From: an uncultured Rhabdochlamydiaceae bacterium
GTDB taxonomy: Bacteria > Chlamydiota > Chlamydiia > Chlamydiales > Rhabdochlamydiaceae
Direction of reading: 5' to 3'
DNA length: 64,000 nucleotides
NCBI GenBank assembly: GCA_963712275.1
Contig: CAVQHD010000001.1
Span: forward strand, 1,568,001 to 1,632,000
A model generated the notes under the pieces. That model did not search any database. It worked only from the letters and a program-made list of their open reading frames with translations, and was not told the origin of the DNA. This document shows positions 18,757-28,541 of this stretch, in pieces; within the stretch, counting starts at the first letter, position 1, and each line of letters begins with the position of its first letter. The position numbers and the translations under genes were made by a program.

Positions 18757-21033
18757 TTACAGAACCACTTTGAGAAACTTCACTTTGATGAAATCGAGTA
18801 AGAAATAGTAAAAGATAACACCAGCAAATAGTGTAAGGACAATCCCCCATGGCAGGGGGGCCATGAGAGTGCCGCTGATGGCAAGCATTGAGATCAAAAC
18901 AACATCTAAGACTGAGCTGACAACCATCCAAAGACTTGGCATCGATTGCCAGCAGTGCCTTTGTTCTCGCACCAAATAAACAGTTGCTTGACCTGTAAAA
19001 ACGAGGGTGAGAAAAATCAAGGTTTGAAGCTGAGGGAGAGGAAGAGATGCCTTTCCTAGAAAAAAAACAGTGAAGGAAAAACCCAGGAGAAATATCGCAA
19101 AAAGCCCTCCCATTTTCATGAGCTTCCCAATATTCCACTGCTGTGGCGTCTTGGAATAATGAACATGATCTGTTGCAATCGAGATGGTCACAAAATCGTT
19201 TGTAAAGAGCAAAAGAACTATCAAAAGTTGGGAAATGATAAAGTTCCCCTCTAAGATGAGACCAACTGCAAGTAAGATCGAAATTTCCAAAGTTTTGATA
19301 ATTTTATTGAGCGTGTAGGTTAAAAGTCGTTGGTAGATTTTTCTGCTGGTTTTGATCGCCTCTAAAATCGTCGTGAGGCCGGGTTTTGTGAGAACAAGGC
19401 TCGCAGAGGCTTTGGCTACATCTGTCGCATTGCTGACGGCAATCCCGACTTCTGCTTGCTTAAGGGCAGGAGCATCGTTAACCCCGTCCCCTGTCATACC
19501 GCAAATCAACCCTTGTTTTTGCAATAAATGAATCACATGCAATTTGTCTTCCGGAAAGATGCCAGCAATCGCACTAGCCGTGATGGTCTTTGTACGATAA
19601 AGTTGCTCCTTAGAAATGATCTCATGACCGATCCCTGCTGCTGTAGAGACCGCCTGAGCCGTTGTCATAGAGTCTCCAGTGAGCATCACCACCCGGATTC
19701 CAAGCTCTTGAATTTCTGCAATCGCCCTTTTTGAGTCTTCCCTTAAAGGATCGTGAAAGGAGATAAAACCGACCATTTCAAAGCGCCTGTCATCTCCAAC
19801 CCCCACACCTAGAATACGAGATCCTTCGGTGCCAAGCTTCTCGATTAGAGGGTATAAATCTTCTCTTGCCGTCATTTTCACCAGTTCGCTTGGCGCCCCT
19901 TTTCGAACAACTTTTTTCTGTCCGAAATAGAGGATGAGCGACTCTGAAAACTTCTTCTCTGGATCAAACGGAATAAAATCTAATCTTTGGTTGGGCAGAA
20001 TTCTGTGTTTTGCTTCTTTTAAAATAGCCAAATCAATCGGATCTTGCGTCGATTCTTCGCAGGCTAGGGCAGCAAAGGTTAAAAGCTCATCTTCCGAATA
20101 GGGGTCAAGTGGGGTTACTACTGCAATTTCTAAAGAATTTTGAGTTAAAGTGCCTGTTTTATCTACACAGAGAGTTGTCATGGCAGCCGCCTCTTCAATA
20201 GCTGGCAGCCGTGTCACGAGAACCCCCACTTTGACAAGCTCTAAAGATCCTAGGGCTGTGGCCAGTGTATAGGTTGCAGATAAAGCTACCGGTACAGAAG
20301 CCACAAGGAGAAGGAGCGAAAATGGAATAAGCTCAGAGAGCGGTAGCTGAAATGAAACCGAAAAGACTACAACACAAGCAATTAAGAGAGTCTCAAAAAG
20401 GACCAGGTATCGGATCATTTTATAGATCGTTTTCCCAAGATGGCTTGGCGCCTCAGCTGTCTGTACAATTTCTGCGATTTTACCGTAGTGCGTCTGAACT
20501 GCTGTTGCGACAACTTCAGCAAAAGCTTCTCCATGGACAACCGTTGCTCCGGCATACCCTAGGGTCCCACCAAGACCTTCAATCGGAAGCGACTCCCCTG
20601 TCAATACTGCTTGATTCATTGAGATATATCCCTGCAGCAATCTCACATCTGCAGGGATGATATCGCCGACTCGAAGACGGATCACATCACCTGGAACAAT
20701 TTCTTGATTGGGCAGAAGTTTCCACTCATTGTCGCGCAAAACTCTTGCTAAGATATTGAGGCGGCTTTTCAATAAGCGGAGCGCCTTTTGCTCATGAAAA
20801 AAACTAATAGCGACATTGAATAAAAGAAGAGCAAAGATAATGGATGCTTCTGGCAGTTTGCCTAAAAAAATCTCAAGGACAATGACTGCCTCAAGCATCC
20901 ATGGAATGGGGTCCCAAAATTTATGCAAAAACGTCAAAAATACATGAACATTTTTTTCAGGAATGGAGTTGGGTCCATAGTGCTTAAGCCTCTTGATTGC
21001 CTCTGCTGTTGTGAGTCCAGTGATCTCACTCAT
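18757..21033 (-). CDS. P-type ATPase, plasma-membrane proton-efflux (P3A) type
   Basis: YGPN, PIPWMLE, LTGESLP, SVPVAL, DKTGTLT, TGDGVNDAPALK and the M6 motif LFTNDF. Confidence 0.88.
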   Translation of the reverse strand: MSEITGLTTAEAIKRLKHYGPNSIPEKNVHVFLTFLHKFWDPIPWMLEAVIVLEIFLGKLPEASIIFALLLFNVAISFFHEQKALRLLKSRLNILARVLRDNEWKLLPNQEIVPGDVIRLRVGDIIPADVRLLQGYISMNQAVLTGESLPIEGLGGTLGYAGATVVHGEAFAEVVATAVQTHYGKIAEIVQTAEAPSHLGKTIYKMIRYLVLFETLLIACVVVFSVSFQLPLSELIPFSLLLLVASVPVALSATYTLATALGSLELVKVGVLVTRLPAIEEAAAMTTLCVDKTGTLTQNSLEIAVVTPLDPYSEDELLTFAALACEESTQDPIDLAILKEAKHRILPNQRLDFIPFDPEKKFSESLILYFGQKKVVRKGAPSELVKMTAREDLYPLIEKLGTEGSRILGVGVGDDRRFEMVGFISFHDPLREDSKRAIAEIQELGIRVVMLTGDSMTTAQAVSTAAGIGHEIISKEQLYRTKTITASAIAGIFPEDKLHVIHLLQKQGLICGMTGDGVNDAPALKQAEVGIAVSNATDVAKASASLVLTKPGLTTILEAIKTSRKIYQRLLTYTLNKIIKTLEISILLAVGLILEGNFIISQLLIVLLLFTNDFVTISIATDHVHYSKTPQQWNIGKLMKMGGLFAIFLLGFSFTVFFLGKASLPLPQLQTLIFLTLVFTGQATVYLVREQRHCWQSMPSLWMVVSSVLDVVLISMLAISGTLMAPLPWGIVLTLFAGVIFYYFLLDFIKVKFLKVVL

Positions 21034-21163
21034 TAAGTTACATTAAAATATTTACAAGATAAACCCAATAAGAAAAACGTGCATTAAGATCGTGATTTGG
21101 GTATAATTGTTTTCTCAAACCCTCAGAGGGTGTTTGCAAATACCCTCTCCAACAAAGAAAAAA

Positions 21164-22393
21164 ATGAAAAATTTTACAGATTTTGGTTTATCCCCCCTTT
21201 TGATCGAATCCCTTAGGCAAAAGCAGATTACAACACCTACGCCCATCCAAGCGGCGACGATTCCCCCGGCCTTAAATGGGCTCGATCTTCTAGCCTCTGC
21301 ACAGACAGGATCAGGCAAAACCGTTGCCTATTTGATCCCTCTTATTATCCATTTATCAACTCATCGAAAGAACACCGCGCTCATCTTAACTCCTACAAGA
21401 GAACTAGCAATGCAAGTCCATCAAACGCTTGCCCAACTCTTTGGAAAAACCTCTCCCTTTAGAATGGCTCTATTGATCGGGGGTATGCCCATTTTCAAAC
21501 AAAAGATGGAACTTAAAGGCTCTCCTCAGCTAATCATTGGCACCCCTGGACGTATTACGGACCATTTAATGGGTAAAAATCTGAGTTTGAGCAGTACTCA
21601 TTTTTTGATCATTGATGAAGCCGACCGAATGCTCGACATGGGTTTTGGGATTCAGCTCGATAAAATCGCTAAATACTTGCCAGAGGTTAGGCAAACCCTC
21701 ATGTTCTCTGCAACGCTACCCCCTAATATTGAAAAACTTGCAAAAAAATACTTAACAAAACCTGAACGCATTTCAATTGGCTCTTCGACGCAAGCTGCCA
21801 TCAAAATCAAGCAGGAAATTCTTCATACGACGGGCGCAGAAAAGTTTTCCGAGCTAAAGAAGCAACTGGATCAGCGTGAAGGCTCGATTATTGTCTTTGT
21901 CAAAACCAAACGAGGCGCAGATCGGCTCTCTAGAGACCTTAAAGAGCTGGGTTATAGTGCAAATGCGATTCACGGAGACCTATCGCAAAAACATCGGAGC
22001 CGTGTAATCCACGCCTTCCGTGAGCAGAAATGCCGAATTTTAGTTGCGACTGACGTTGCAGCGCGTGGACTTGACGTCCCTCATGTGATGCACGTGATCA
22101 ACTACAACTTGCCTGAATGCCCTGAAGATTATATCCATCGGATTGGAAGGACAGGGAGAGCAGAGCAGGAAGGTTCTGCCCTCTGCCTTATCTCACCTGA
22201 AGATCGGCACAAGTGGAACGCCATCAGGCGGATGATGGACCCGAAAGTCATCATCCCTCAGGAAGGAAAAAGCCAAGAGAAAGCTGCCCGGCATCCAGGA
22301 AAACGGCCTTTTAAAAATGGCCCACGTAAAAGCCGCCCCTTCAGACACTACCAATCACGCCATCAATCAAGGGGCAGCAGATTCGGGAACTGA
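21164..22393 (+). CDS. DEAD-box RNA helicase
   Basis: Q motif, AQTGSGKT, PTRELA, DEAD, SAT and HRIGRTGRA; basic C-terminal tail. Confidence 0.96.
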   Translation: MKNFTDFGLSPLLIESLRQKQITTPTPIQAATIPPALNGLDLLASAQTGSGKTVAYLIPLIIHLSTHRKNTALILTPTRELAMQVHQTLAQLFGKTSPFRMALLIGGMPIFKQKMELKGSPQLIIGTPGRITDHLMGKNLSLSSTHFLIIDEADRMLDMGFGIQLDKIAKYLPEVRQTLMFSATLPPNIEKLAKKYLTKPERISIGSSTQAAIKIKQEILHTTGAEKFSELKKQLDQREGSIIVFVKTKRGADRLSRDLKELGYSANAIHGDLSQKHRSRVIHAFREQKCRILVATDVAARGLDVPHVMHVINYNLPECPEDYIHRIGRTGRAEQEGSALCLISPEDRHKWNAIRRMMDPKVIIPQEGKSQEKAARHPGKRPFKNGPRKSRPFRHYQSRHQSRGSRFGN

Positions 22394-23527
22394 TTGAGAA
22401 GGGGCTGAAGAGAGCGCCATCACATGGCGTGAAAGAGCCATCCAATCTCGACTCTCTCTTTTTAAGCCCTTTTTAATCTCTTTGATCTGAAAACTAAGCA
22501 GCCGTAGGTTCGCTTTCTTTTCTTCTTTTTTGTCTTTAAGTTTATGATAAAGCTCTCGCAATTGCTTTGTTTCTCTCAGTTTTGTAAGAATGCTTTCTGT
22601 CAATTTGATAATCTTCTCTTCCCAAATGTCTTTGTATTCATCAAAAGAGACATGTATTTTATCTAAAAGAAGCTGTTTTCGATCCAGCAACAGTTTTTCC
22701 TCGATAAAATGAGCATGATTTTTCTTTAAACTATGCGCCAACCCTAATTTATTAAAACTCCAAATAAGCCATTTCGTAGGGTCAAAGTGGTACCACCGGA
22801 TTCCGTTGCGGTAGTCGTAGGCAAAGGTATGGTGATAATTATGATAACCCTCTCCGAATGTCAAAAGAGAAATCAGGTAGTTATCCACTGCAGAGAGTTC
22901 TTGACAAAACGTACGCGCTCCCCACGTATGGGCTAAAGAATTGATAAACCACGTGAAATGATGTAAGAAAAAAAGGCGGACAAGCCATGCAAAAAGGAAA
23001 GCACTGAGATAGTCACCAAAGCACCAACCTATAAAAAGGGTTACAATGAGGTTTGTCAACACCATTAAAGGCGCGTAGAAACGGTGCTGAAACCGGATCA
23101 GAGGATTTCTCAGCAAATCAGAAACAACCTTATTTTCAATCTCTTTTGGCTTTTCAAAAAGCCAAAGAAAATGGGCATACCAAAACCCTTTTTTAATGGA
23201 ATAGGGATCTCGATCAGTATCAACAAAAGCATGATGATATCGATGATCAAACGACCACCGAAGAGCACTTCCCTGAGTCGCCATCGTTGCAAAAAACAAC
23301 AAAACTCCCTCAACAATAGGGCGTGTCTTATAGGTTGTATGTGAATAGAGACGATGATATCCAGCTGTTACACTCAGCCCTGTCACATAGAGCAAAATCG
23401 CTGAAACGGCAATCATCGCCCACGGCGGCGTAAAATGAAGAAAATAGAGTGGGATCGCGATACATAAAATCAGATGGTATGTGAGAATGAAGAGGCCGGG
23501 AATCCAGTTAAAATTTGAAAGCTTCAA
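22367..23527 (-). CDS. Acyl-CoA (delta-9) fatty acid desaturase
   Basis: Histidine boxes HRLYSH, HRYHH and GEGYHNYHH; DPTKW motif. Confidence 0.94.
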   Translation of the reverse strand: MKLSNFNWIPGLFILTYHLILCIAIPLYFLHFTPPWAMIAVSAILLYVTGLSVTAGYHRLYSHTTYKTRPIVEGVLLFFATMATQGSALRWSFDHRYHHAFVDTDRDPYSIKKGFWYAHFLWLFEKPKEIENKVVSDLLRNPLIRFQHRFYAPLMVLTNLIVTLFIGWCFGDYLSAFLFAWLVRLFFLHHFTWFINSLAHTWGARTFCQELSAVDNYLISLLTFGEGYHNYHHTFAYDYRNGIRWYHFDPTKWLIWSFNKLGLAHSLKKNHAHFIEEKLLLDRKQLLLDKIHVSFDEYKDIWEEKIIKLTESILTKLRETKQLRELYHKLKDKKEEKKANLRLLSFQIKEIKKGLKRESRDWMALSRHVMALSSAPSQSVPESAAP

Positions 23528-23619
23528 AAATATCTCCTATTTAAAAACTAAGGATATTAAATAAAACCTTTCTTGTCTATGGGACTTTAAGGGTCTCGAC
23601 TTTAACGGTCTGCAGAACA

Positions 23620-23871
23620 GAGACTTTTGCTCACCCGGGCTTATTTCCATTTTTTCACCACCGAAGCACGGAGAGGGGTGAGATTGCACAGAGAGATTCT
23701 TTTCTCTGTGCAATCTCACCCCTCTCCGTGCTTCGGTGGTGAAAAAATGGAAATAAGCCCGAGTGAGCAAAAGTCTCAAACATTTGTTCAATTTTCTACA
23801 CATCGGTGGTGAAAAAATGGAAATAAGCACGAGTGAGCAAAAGTCTCAAACATTTGTTCAATTTTCTACAC
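23620..23871. repeat. Family A palindrome, copy 2 (23620-23777), plus a 70-bp-period tandem duplication of the right arm and flank
   Basis: Inverted repeat homologous to 6991-7155; 23733-23801 is repeated at 23803-23871 with one mismatch. Confidence 0.93.
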
Positions 23872-23885
23872 CTTGCCAACAATCT

Positions 23886-25199
23886 CTATAAAATTTCGGC
23901 GGCAATTGCGGCAAGCGGAGATCTCTCGGTTTTATCGAGAAATATATGTCCAAAGGTCTGATATTCTCTCATTTTGCCGACAACATAGGTCAATGCATTC
24001 GAATTTGGGTCTAAATAAGGATTATCGATTTGCGTCGGATCTCCTGTGAGAATCACCTTGGTATCTTTGCCCGCTCTTGAAATGATCGTTTTCACCTCGT
24101 GAGGAGTTAAATTTTGCGCCTCGTCGATGATAAAATACATCCTAGGAAGCGACCTGCCTCGAATATAGGTGACTGCCTCCATCTCTAACTTTTTACTCTC
24201 AATAATCCACTGCTGAGCATCGGGGCCATTGGCAGAGCCTGTTGTCGAAGAACAAAGAAACTCTAGGTTATCGTAGATCGGCTGCATCCAATGGTAGAGC
24301 TTTTCTTCCTTAGTTCCCGGAAGATATCCAATATCTTTTCCAAGAGGAATAATCGGCCGGCTGACTAAAATTTTTGTATAGGTATTTTCATCAAAAACTT
24401 TCCGCATCCCTGCAGCAAGGGCAAGTAAAGTCTTCCCCGTGCCGGCAGGACCTACAAGAGTGACAAGTTTGATATCGTCGCGAAGCAAAAGATCTAGGGC
24501 GCATTTCTGCTCCGTATTAAGAGGGTGAATTCCCCAAATATCTCGATTCAGTTTAAGGAGCGGCTCCAGTTTTTTCGTTATAGAGTTGTATTTGCAAACC
24601 GCAGATGACTGCTCAGGAGATACCATCACACAGTATTCATTTGGAGAGAAATCGGTCGCTTCGACCGGTATTGATCCATCTTTATAGAACAAGTCGATAT
24701 CTCTTTTCGGTACTTCAATTTTCCTATAGCCTCGATACAATTTTTCATAGGAGAATTTAAGATTTTCGTAGTCCTGGGCCTCAAGACCAATTGCTTCCGC
24801 TTTAACTCTCGTGACAAAGTCTTTCGAAACGAGAACAACCGTCTCCCCCTGCTCTTTGAGTAGAAAGGCTGTCAGGAGAATCTTATTCGTCGCACGGTCA
24901 AGCGGCAGAGGGAAGCTTTTTTTCTCCGGGGGTTTTAACTCGACGTGGATTTTAACCCGAATTCCATCTTCAATAGGAACCCCTAGGCTCAAATCACCTT
25001 TTTCAATATTTTTAAGGGAATCGACATACCGCATCACCTGACGAGCATTTTTACCAAGCTCATCGGACAGGCGCTTCATCGTGTCAAGCTCTTCCAGAAC
25101 GACTAAAGGAATGATGACATCATTACCATGAAATTTTTTAATCGCGTCAGGGTCGTGCAGGAGAACGTTCGTATCAATAACAAAGGCCTTTCTTGTCAT
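23886..25199 (-). CDS. PhoH-family ATPase with an N-terminal PIN domain
   Basis: VIDTNVLLHDP (PIN), GPAGTGKT, GYLPG, YIRGRS and DEAQNLT motifs. Confidence 0.95.
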   Translation of the reverse strand: MTRKAFVIDTNVLLHDPDAIKKFHGNDVIIPLVVLEELDTMKRLSDELGKNARQVMRYVDSLKNIEKGDLSLGVPIEDGIRVKIHVELKPPEKKSFPLPLDRATNKILLTAFLLKEQGETVVLVSKDFVTRVKAEAIGLEAQDYENLKFSYEKLYRGYRKIEVPKRDIDLFYKDGSIPVEATDFSPNEYCVMVSPEQSSAVCKYNSITKKLEPLLKLNRDIWGIHPLNTEQKCALDLLLRDDIKLVTLVGPAGTGKTLLALAAGMRKVFDENTYTKILVSRPIIPLGKDIGYLPGTKEEKLYHWMQPIYDNLEFLCSSTTGSANGPDAQQWIIESKKLEMEAVTYIRGRSLPRMYFIIDEAQNLTPHEVKTIISRAGKDTKVILTGDPTQIDNPYLDPNSNALTYVVGKMREYQTFGHIFLDKTERSPLAAIAAEIL

Positions 25200-25302
25200 T
25201 TTTTATCCTTTTGGGGTCATTGCTACCGGTATATATCCGATGAAAGCAGCAATGGCAATATATTTTTTAACTCATTGATCATAAGTATATAACAAAACAA
25301 AT

Positions 25303-25329
25303 TCAGCACTTGATATAGCAATCTGCTAA
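25303..25329. promoter_or_regulatory. CIRCE-like HrcA operator
   Basis: TCAGCACTT-N9-ATCTGCTAA versus consensus TTAGCACTC-N9-GAGTGCTAA, in a divergent promoter region. Confidence 0.6.
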
Positions 25330-25390
25330 TTTTTGTTGTTCGAATTTAGGTCGGTTCGCTATAATGTGCTTATCACTGTTGGAGGTTTCT

Positions 25391-26050
25391 ATGCATATCA
25401 CAGATAAAATCTTAAGCTTACCACCTTACCTATCGACATCATGGAAGGATGTCGTTTCCCTACAAATTGAAACACATCCTTTCGGGCATGCGCTCATCAT
25501 TGAACTCGTTACAGGCAGCAAAGTTAAGGTGCCAAACCTTGAGAAGCACATCATTGAAAAAATGTTTACCATTCACGCAAAGGTCATTGAAGAAAAAGAG
25601 AAACCAAGTTCTGTCATGACAACAATCATGCCTTTTCCCTTTGTTAATATGGAAGGCTTGATGACAACACTTCAACACAATCCCGAGCAAAAAAATACCC
25701 CTCCTATTCCTTCAGAGGTGCTTGAAAAAATTTCTGCCATGACAAAAGGGCTTCTTCCTGAAGACACTTCATCTCTTGCTCAACCGGAGTCCAACTGCCA
25801 GTGCCCTCACTGCCAAATCATGCGGGCTGTGCTGAATCAACCCCAAGATGCAGCCCCCGTTGAAGAAGAGGTGTCAGATGAAGATCTCAAGTTTCGACTG
25901 TGGGATATCAAGCAAGAAGGCGATAGCCTCTACTGCGTGTCGAATCCTTTGGATCACAAAGAGCACTACAGTGTCTTTTTGGGTAATCCACTCGGTTGTA
26001 CCTGCGGGCAAAAGAATTGCGAACACATTCAAGCTGTTCTCAAGAGCTAA
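25391..26050 (+). CDS. Conserved chlamydial protein with a C-terminal SWIM-like Zn motif (CT016-like)
   Basis: ILSLPPYLSTSW, CQCPHCQI and CTCG..NCEHI motifs; GGAGG RBS before ATG 25391. Confidence 0.82.
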   Translation: MHITDKILSLPPYLSTSWKDVVSLQIETHPFGHALIIELVTGSKVKVPNLEKHIIEKMFTIHAKVIEEKEKPSSVMTTIMPFPFVNMEGLMTTLQHNPEQKNTPPIPSEVLEKISAMTKGLLPEDTSSLAQPESNCQCPHCQIMRAVLNQPQDAAPVEEEVSDEDLKFRLWDIKQEGDSLYCVSNPLDHKEHYSVFLGNPLGCTCGQKNCEHIQAVLKS

Positions 26051-26125
26051 TTTAGCTGGTGTAAAAAAACCTCATTCTCTAAAATGGCGACAAAACGTGC
26101 ATTGTAGTTTAGGAGGATTTTCCAC

Positions 26126-27388
26126 ATGCCGCAACGTTATTTGTCGATATCAATTTTATTCGGGGTCTGCTGCCTCTCCCCTATTTTTGCAGATGAAGCT
26201 TTTACCGATGAGGCGGAAAGCGAAAACAGAGCTTCTGCGCTTTCTGTCATTGAACCGATTGAAATGATTGCTCCTACTACTGCTAAGACTCCCATTGAAC
26301 CCGCCTTTGCTAGCCCCATTCCAGAACAAACACCTGTTATCCCCATCATTGAAAAGCCATTTTCTCCCTTTACCGGAAAAGTGAAAGGTAAAAAAGTACG
26401 TCTTCGCACCTCTGCTGATTTGGATGGGCGTGTTGTGAAAGAGCTGAATCGGCAAGATCTTCTCATTGTTCTTGGAGAAAAAGGAGATTTTTACGCTGTG
26501 GAGCCTCCTGCAGGAGTTAAAGCTTATGTTTTTCGAAGCTTTATCCTTGATGGAATCGTCGAAGGGAGCCGGGTTAACGTTCGTCTTGAACCTTCTTTAG
26601 ATGCTCCGATCATCGGTCATTTGAATAGTGGAGATGCCATCAAAGGAACATTAAGTGCCCAGAATAACAAATGGTATGAAATCACCCCTCCGACCGGCAC
26701 TCGCTTTTATGTCGCAAAAGAATATATCGAATCCATTGGCGGACCCGAAGTGAAAGCACAGCTCGACAAGCGACGCATGACAGCAGAGCAACTTCTTGAC
26801 GCAGCAACTCTTCTCACGCAAGCGGAGATGAAAAAATCTTATCCAGAAATGGATGTGGACCGTATTAAGCACAATTATCAAACAATCATGAATGAGTTCA
26901 CAGATTTTCCTGATTTATTTGATAAAGCAAAAGAGGCTTTTAATGCTCTTCAAGAAGAGTATACGCAGCGCAAAATTGCTTACCTAGAAGATAAAGCTGA
27001 AGGAAAAATTTTGGAGAAAACATCGGAGTCTCCTCTTCAACAGCTTACCCTCAATCCAACCGATCGCATGAAGATGTGGGAACCTATCGAGGAGTCTCTC
27101 TATTTGACGTGGTCTTCTCGCAATGAGGACCGTTCGGTTGATGAATTTTATGAAGAGCAAAGACAAGGGGCGGAAACCTACACCGGGTTCATCGAAGCCT
27201 ATACCTCCCCCGTTAAGCGAAAGCCCGGAGACTATATCTTGGTGGATAAAGACCTTCCCAAGGCTTACCTCTACAGTACACTCATCAACCTTCAAGACTA
27301 TGTCGGCAAAAAAGTCACCGTTGTTGTTGCGCCCCGCTCAAACAATAACTTTGCCTTCCGCGCCTTCTTCGTCCTAGCTGTAGAGTAA
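26126..27388 (+). CDS. Exported tandem SH3b-domain protein (CT017/Ctad1-like)
   Basis: Signal peptide; two SH3b-like segments (KVRLRTSA, RVNVRLEP); follows the phoH and CT016-like genes. Confidence 0.8.
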   Translation: MPQRYLSISILFGVCCLSPIFADEAFTDEAESENRASALSVIEPIEMIAPTTAKTPIEPAFASPIPEQTPVIPIIEKPFSPFTGKVKGKKVRLRTSADLDGRVVKELNRQDLLIVLGEKGDFYAVEPPAGVKAYVFRSFILDGIVEGSRVNVRLEPSLDAPIIGHLNSGDAIKGTLSAQNNKWYEITPPTGTRFYVAKEYIESIGGPEVKAQLDKRRMTAEQLLDAATLLTQAEMKKSYPEMDVDRIKHNYQTIMNEFTDFPDLFDKAKEAFNALQEEYTQRKIAYLEDKAEGKILEKTSESPLQQLTLNPTDRMKMWEPIEESLYLTWSSRNEDRSVDEFYEEQRQGAETYTGFIEAYTSPVKRKPGDYILVDKDLPKAYLYSTLINLQDYVGKKVTVVVAPRSNNNFAFRAFFVLAVE

Positions 27389-27389
27389 C

Positions 27390-28541
27390 TTAACTTTCCT
27401 TTGGAGGGGTCTTCAGCTCTGCCGAGGCAAACTGCCGAACAGATTCATCGATCAGGGAGAATTCCTTGAGGGGCTGCAGAGAGCTGGCAGCCCCCAAATC
27501 GTTAAACTTGCGCGCGGAAGAAAGGACATTGCGCTCTAGCGACCCTGTCGCTTGATTAAATGCTGCAATGGCATGCTCAAGCGCTTTCCCTAAGTGACCC
27601 CAATGCCCTGTTAAGTCGGCGACTCGCTTATATAGCTCCTGGCCAAGCTCGCTAACTCTTTCGGCGTACTTTGAAAGATTTTCTTGCTTCCACCCATAGG
27701 CAACAGCTTTTAGTAGAGCGATGAGTGTCATGGGGGTGGCTAGAATAATCCCCTGTTGAGCAGCTGTTTCCATGAGGGTCGGATCTGCCTCTAAGGCAAT
27801 GGCAAAAACCGTTTCCGATGGAAGAAATAGGACCACAAATTCAGGGGTTGGTTGAAAATGCTCCCAGTAATTTTTTTTTCCAAGCATTGAAATATGCTCT
27901 TTGAGCTGCCTTGCATGATGTTTAAACTTTTCTTGCCGAAACCCTTCATCGGAAAGATCGATCCCTTCCAGGTAAGCTTCAAGAGGAACTTTCGCATCGA
28001 TAATCACCTGCCGATCACCAGGTAGCTTAATGATCAGATCAGGCTTGCGCCGCACCCCCTCTATAACCTCAAACCCTTGCTCAACAAAATCGCAATGTTG
28101 GATCATTCCCGCAAGCTCAACAACCCGTTTTAACTGAATCTCCCCCCACCTGCCTCGCCCCGCAGGAGATCGCAGGGCTTTAACCAATTTTGAGGTTTCC
28201 AACTTGAGCTCTTGCTTGGCATCCATCAAGGCGCCTAGCTGCTGTTTTAAGGCTCCATGATCTGATTTTCTTTCAAGCTCAAGCGACCGTATTTGCCCTT
28301 CAAGTTTTTTAAGCATCTCAGCAAGAGCCTTTTGCTTCTCTTGCTCTTCAACCATCGCCTTTTCCTGTAAAATATCTTGAGTTTGCGCATAAGTTTCCTT
28401 GGAGAGCCGCTCAAACGACTCTTGCAGCTCCTGCTGCGAACAGATTTTTTCCTCTGCAAGTGCGCATCGAATGCCCAATCGGTGGTATCGATAGGCCAAA
28501 GTGAGCAAGGCTAAACTAAGCCCCACAAGAAGGTAGATCAA
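27390..28541 (-). CDS. rmuC: DNA recombination protein RmuC
   Basis: RGRWGEIQL, KPD..IKLP, IDAKVP and PEFVVLFLP motifs. Confidence 0.95.
   Translation of the reverse strand: MIYLLVGLSLALLTLAYRYHRLGIRCALAEEKICSQQELQESFERLSKETYAQTQDILQEKAMVEEQEKQKALAEMLKKLEGQIRSLELERKSDHGALKQQLGALMDAKQELKLETSKLVKALRSPAGRGRWGEIQLKRVVELAGMIQHCDFVEQGFEVIEGVRRKPDLIIKLPGDRQVIIDAKVPLEAYLEGIDLSDEGFRQEKFKHHARQLKEHISMLGKKNYWEHFQPTPEFVVLFLPSETVFAIALEADPTLMETAAQQGIILATPMTLIALLKAVAYGWKQENLSKYAERVSELGQELYKRVADLTGHWGHLGKALEHAIAAFNQATGSLERNVLSSARKFNDLGAASSLQPLKEFSLIDESVRQFASAELKTPPKES

Noticed and set aside
23733..23871. Direct repeats as a mini-CRISPR
   Set aside because: Two adjacent ~70-bp copies with no spacer, derived from a palindrome arm
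23886..25199. PIN domain as part of a toxin-antitoxin module
   Set aside because: Standard PIN-PhoH fusion with no upstream antitoxin ORF
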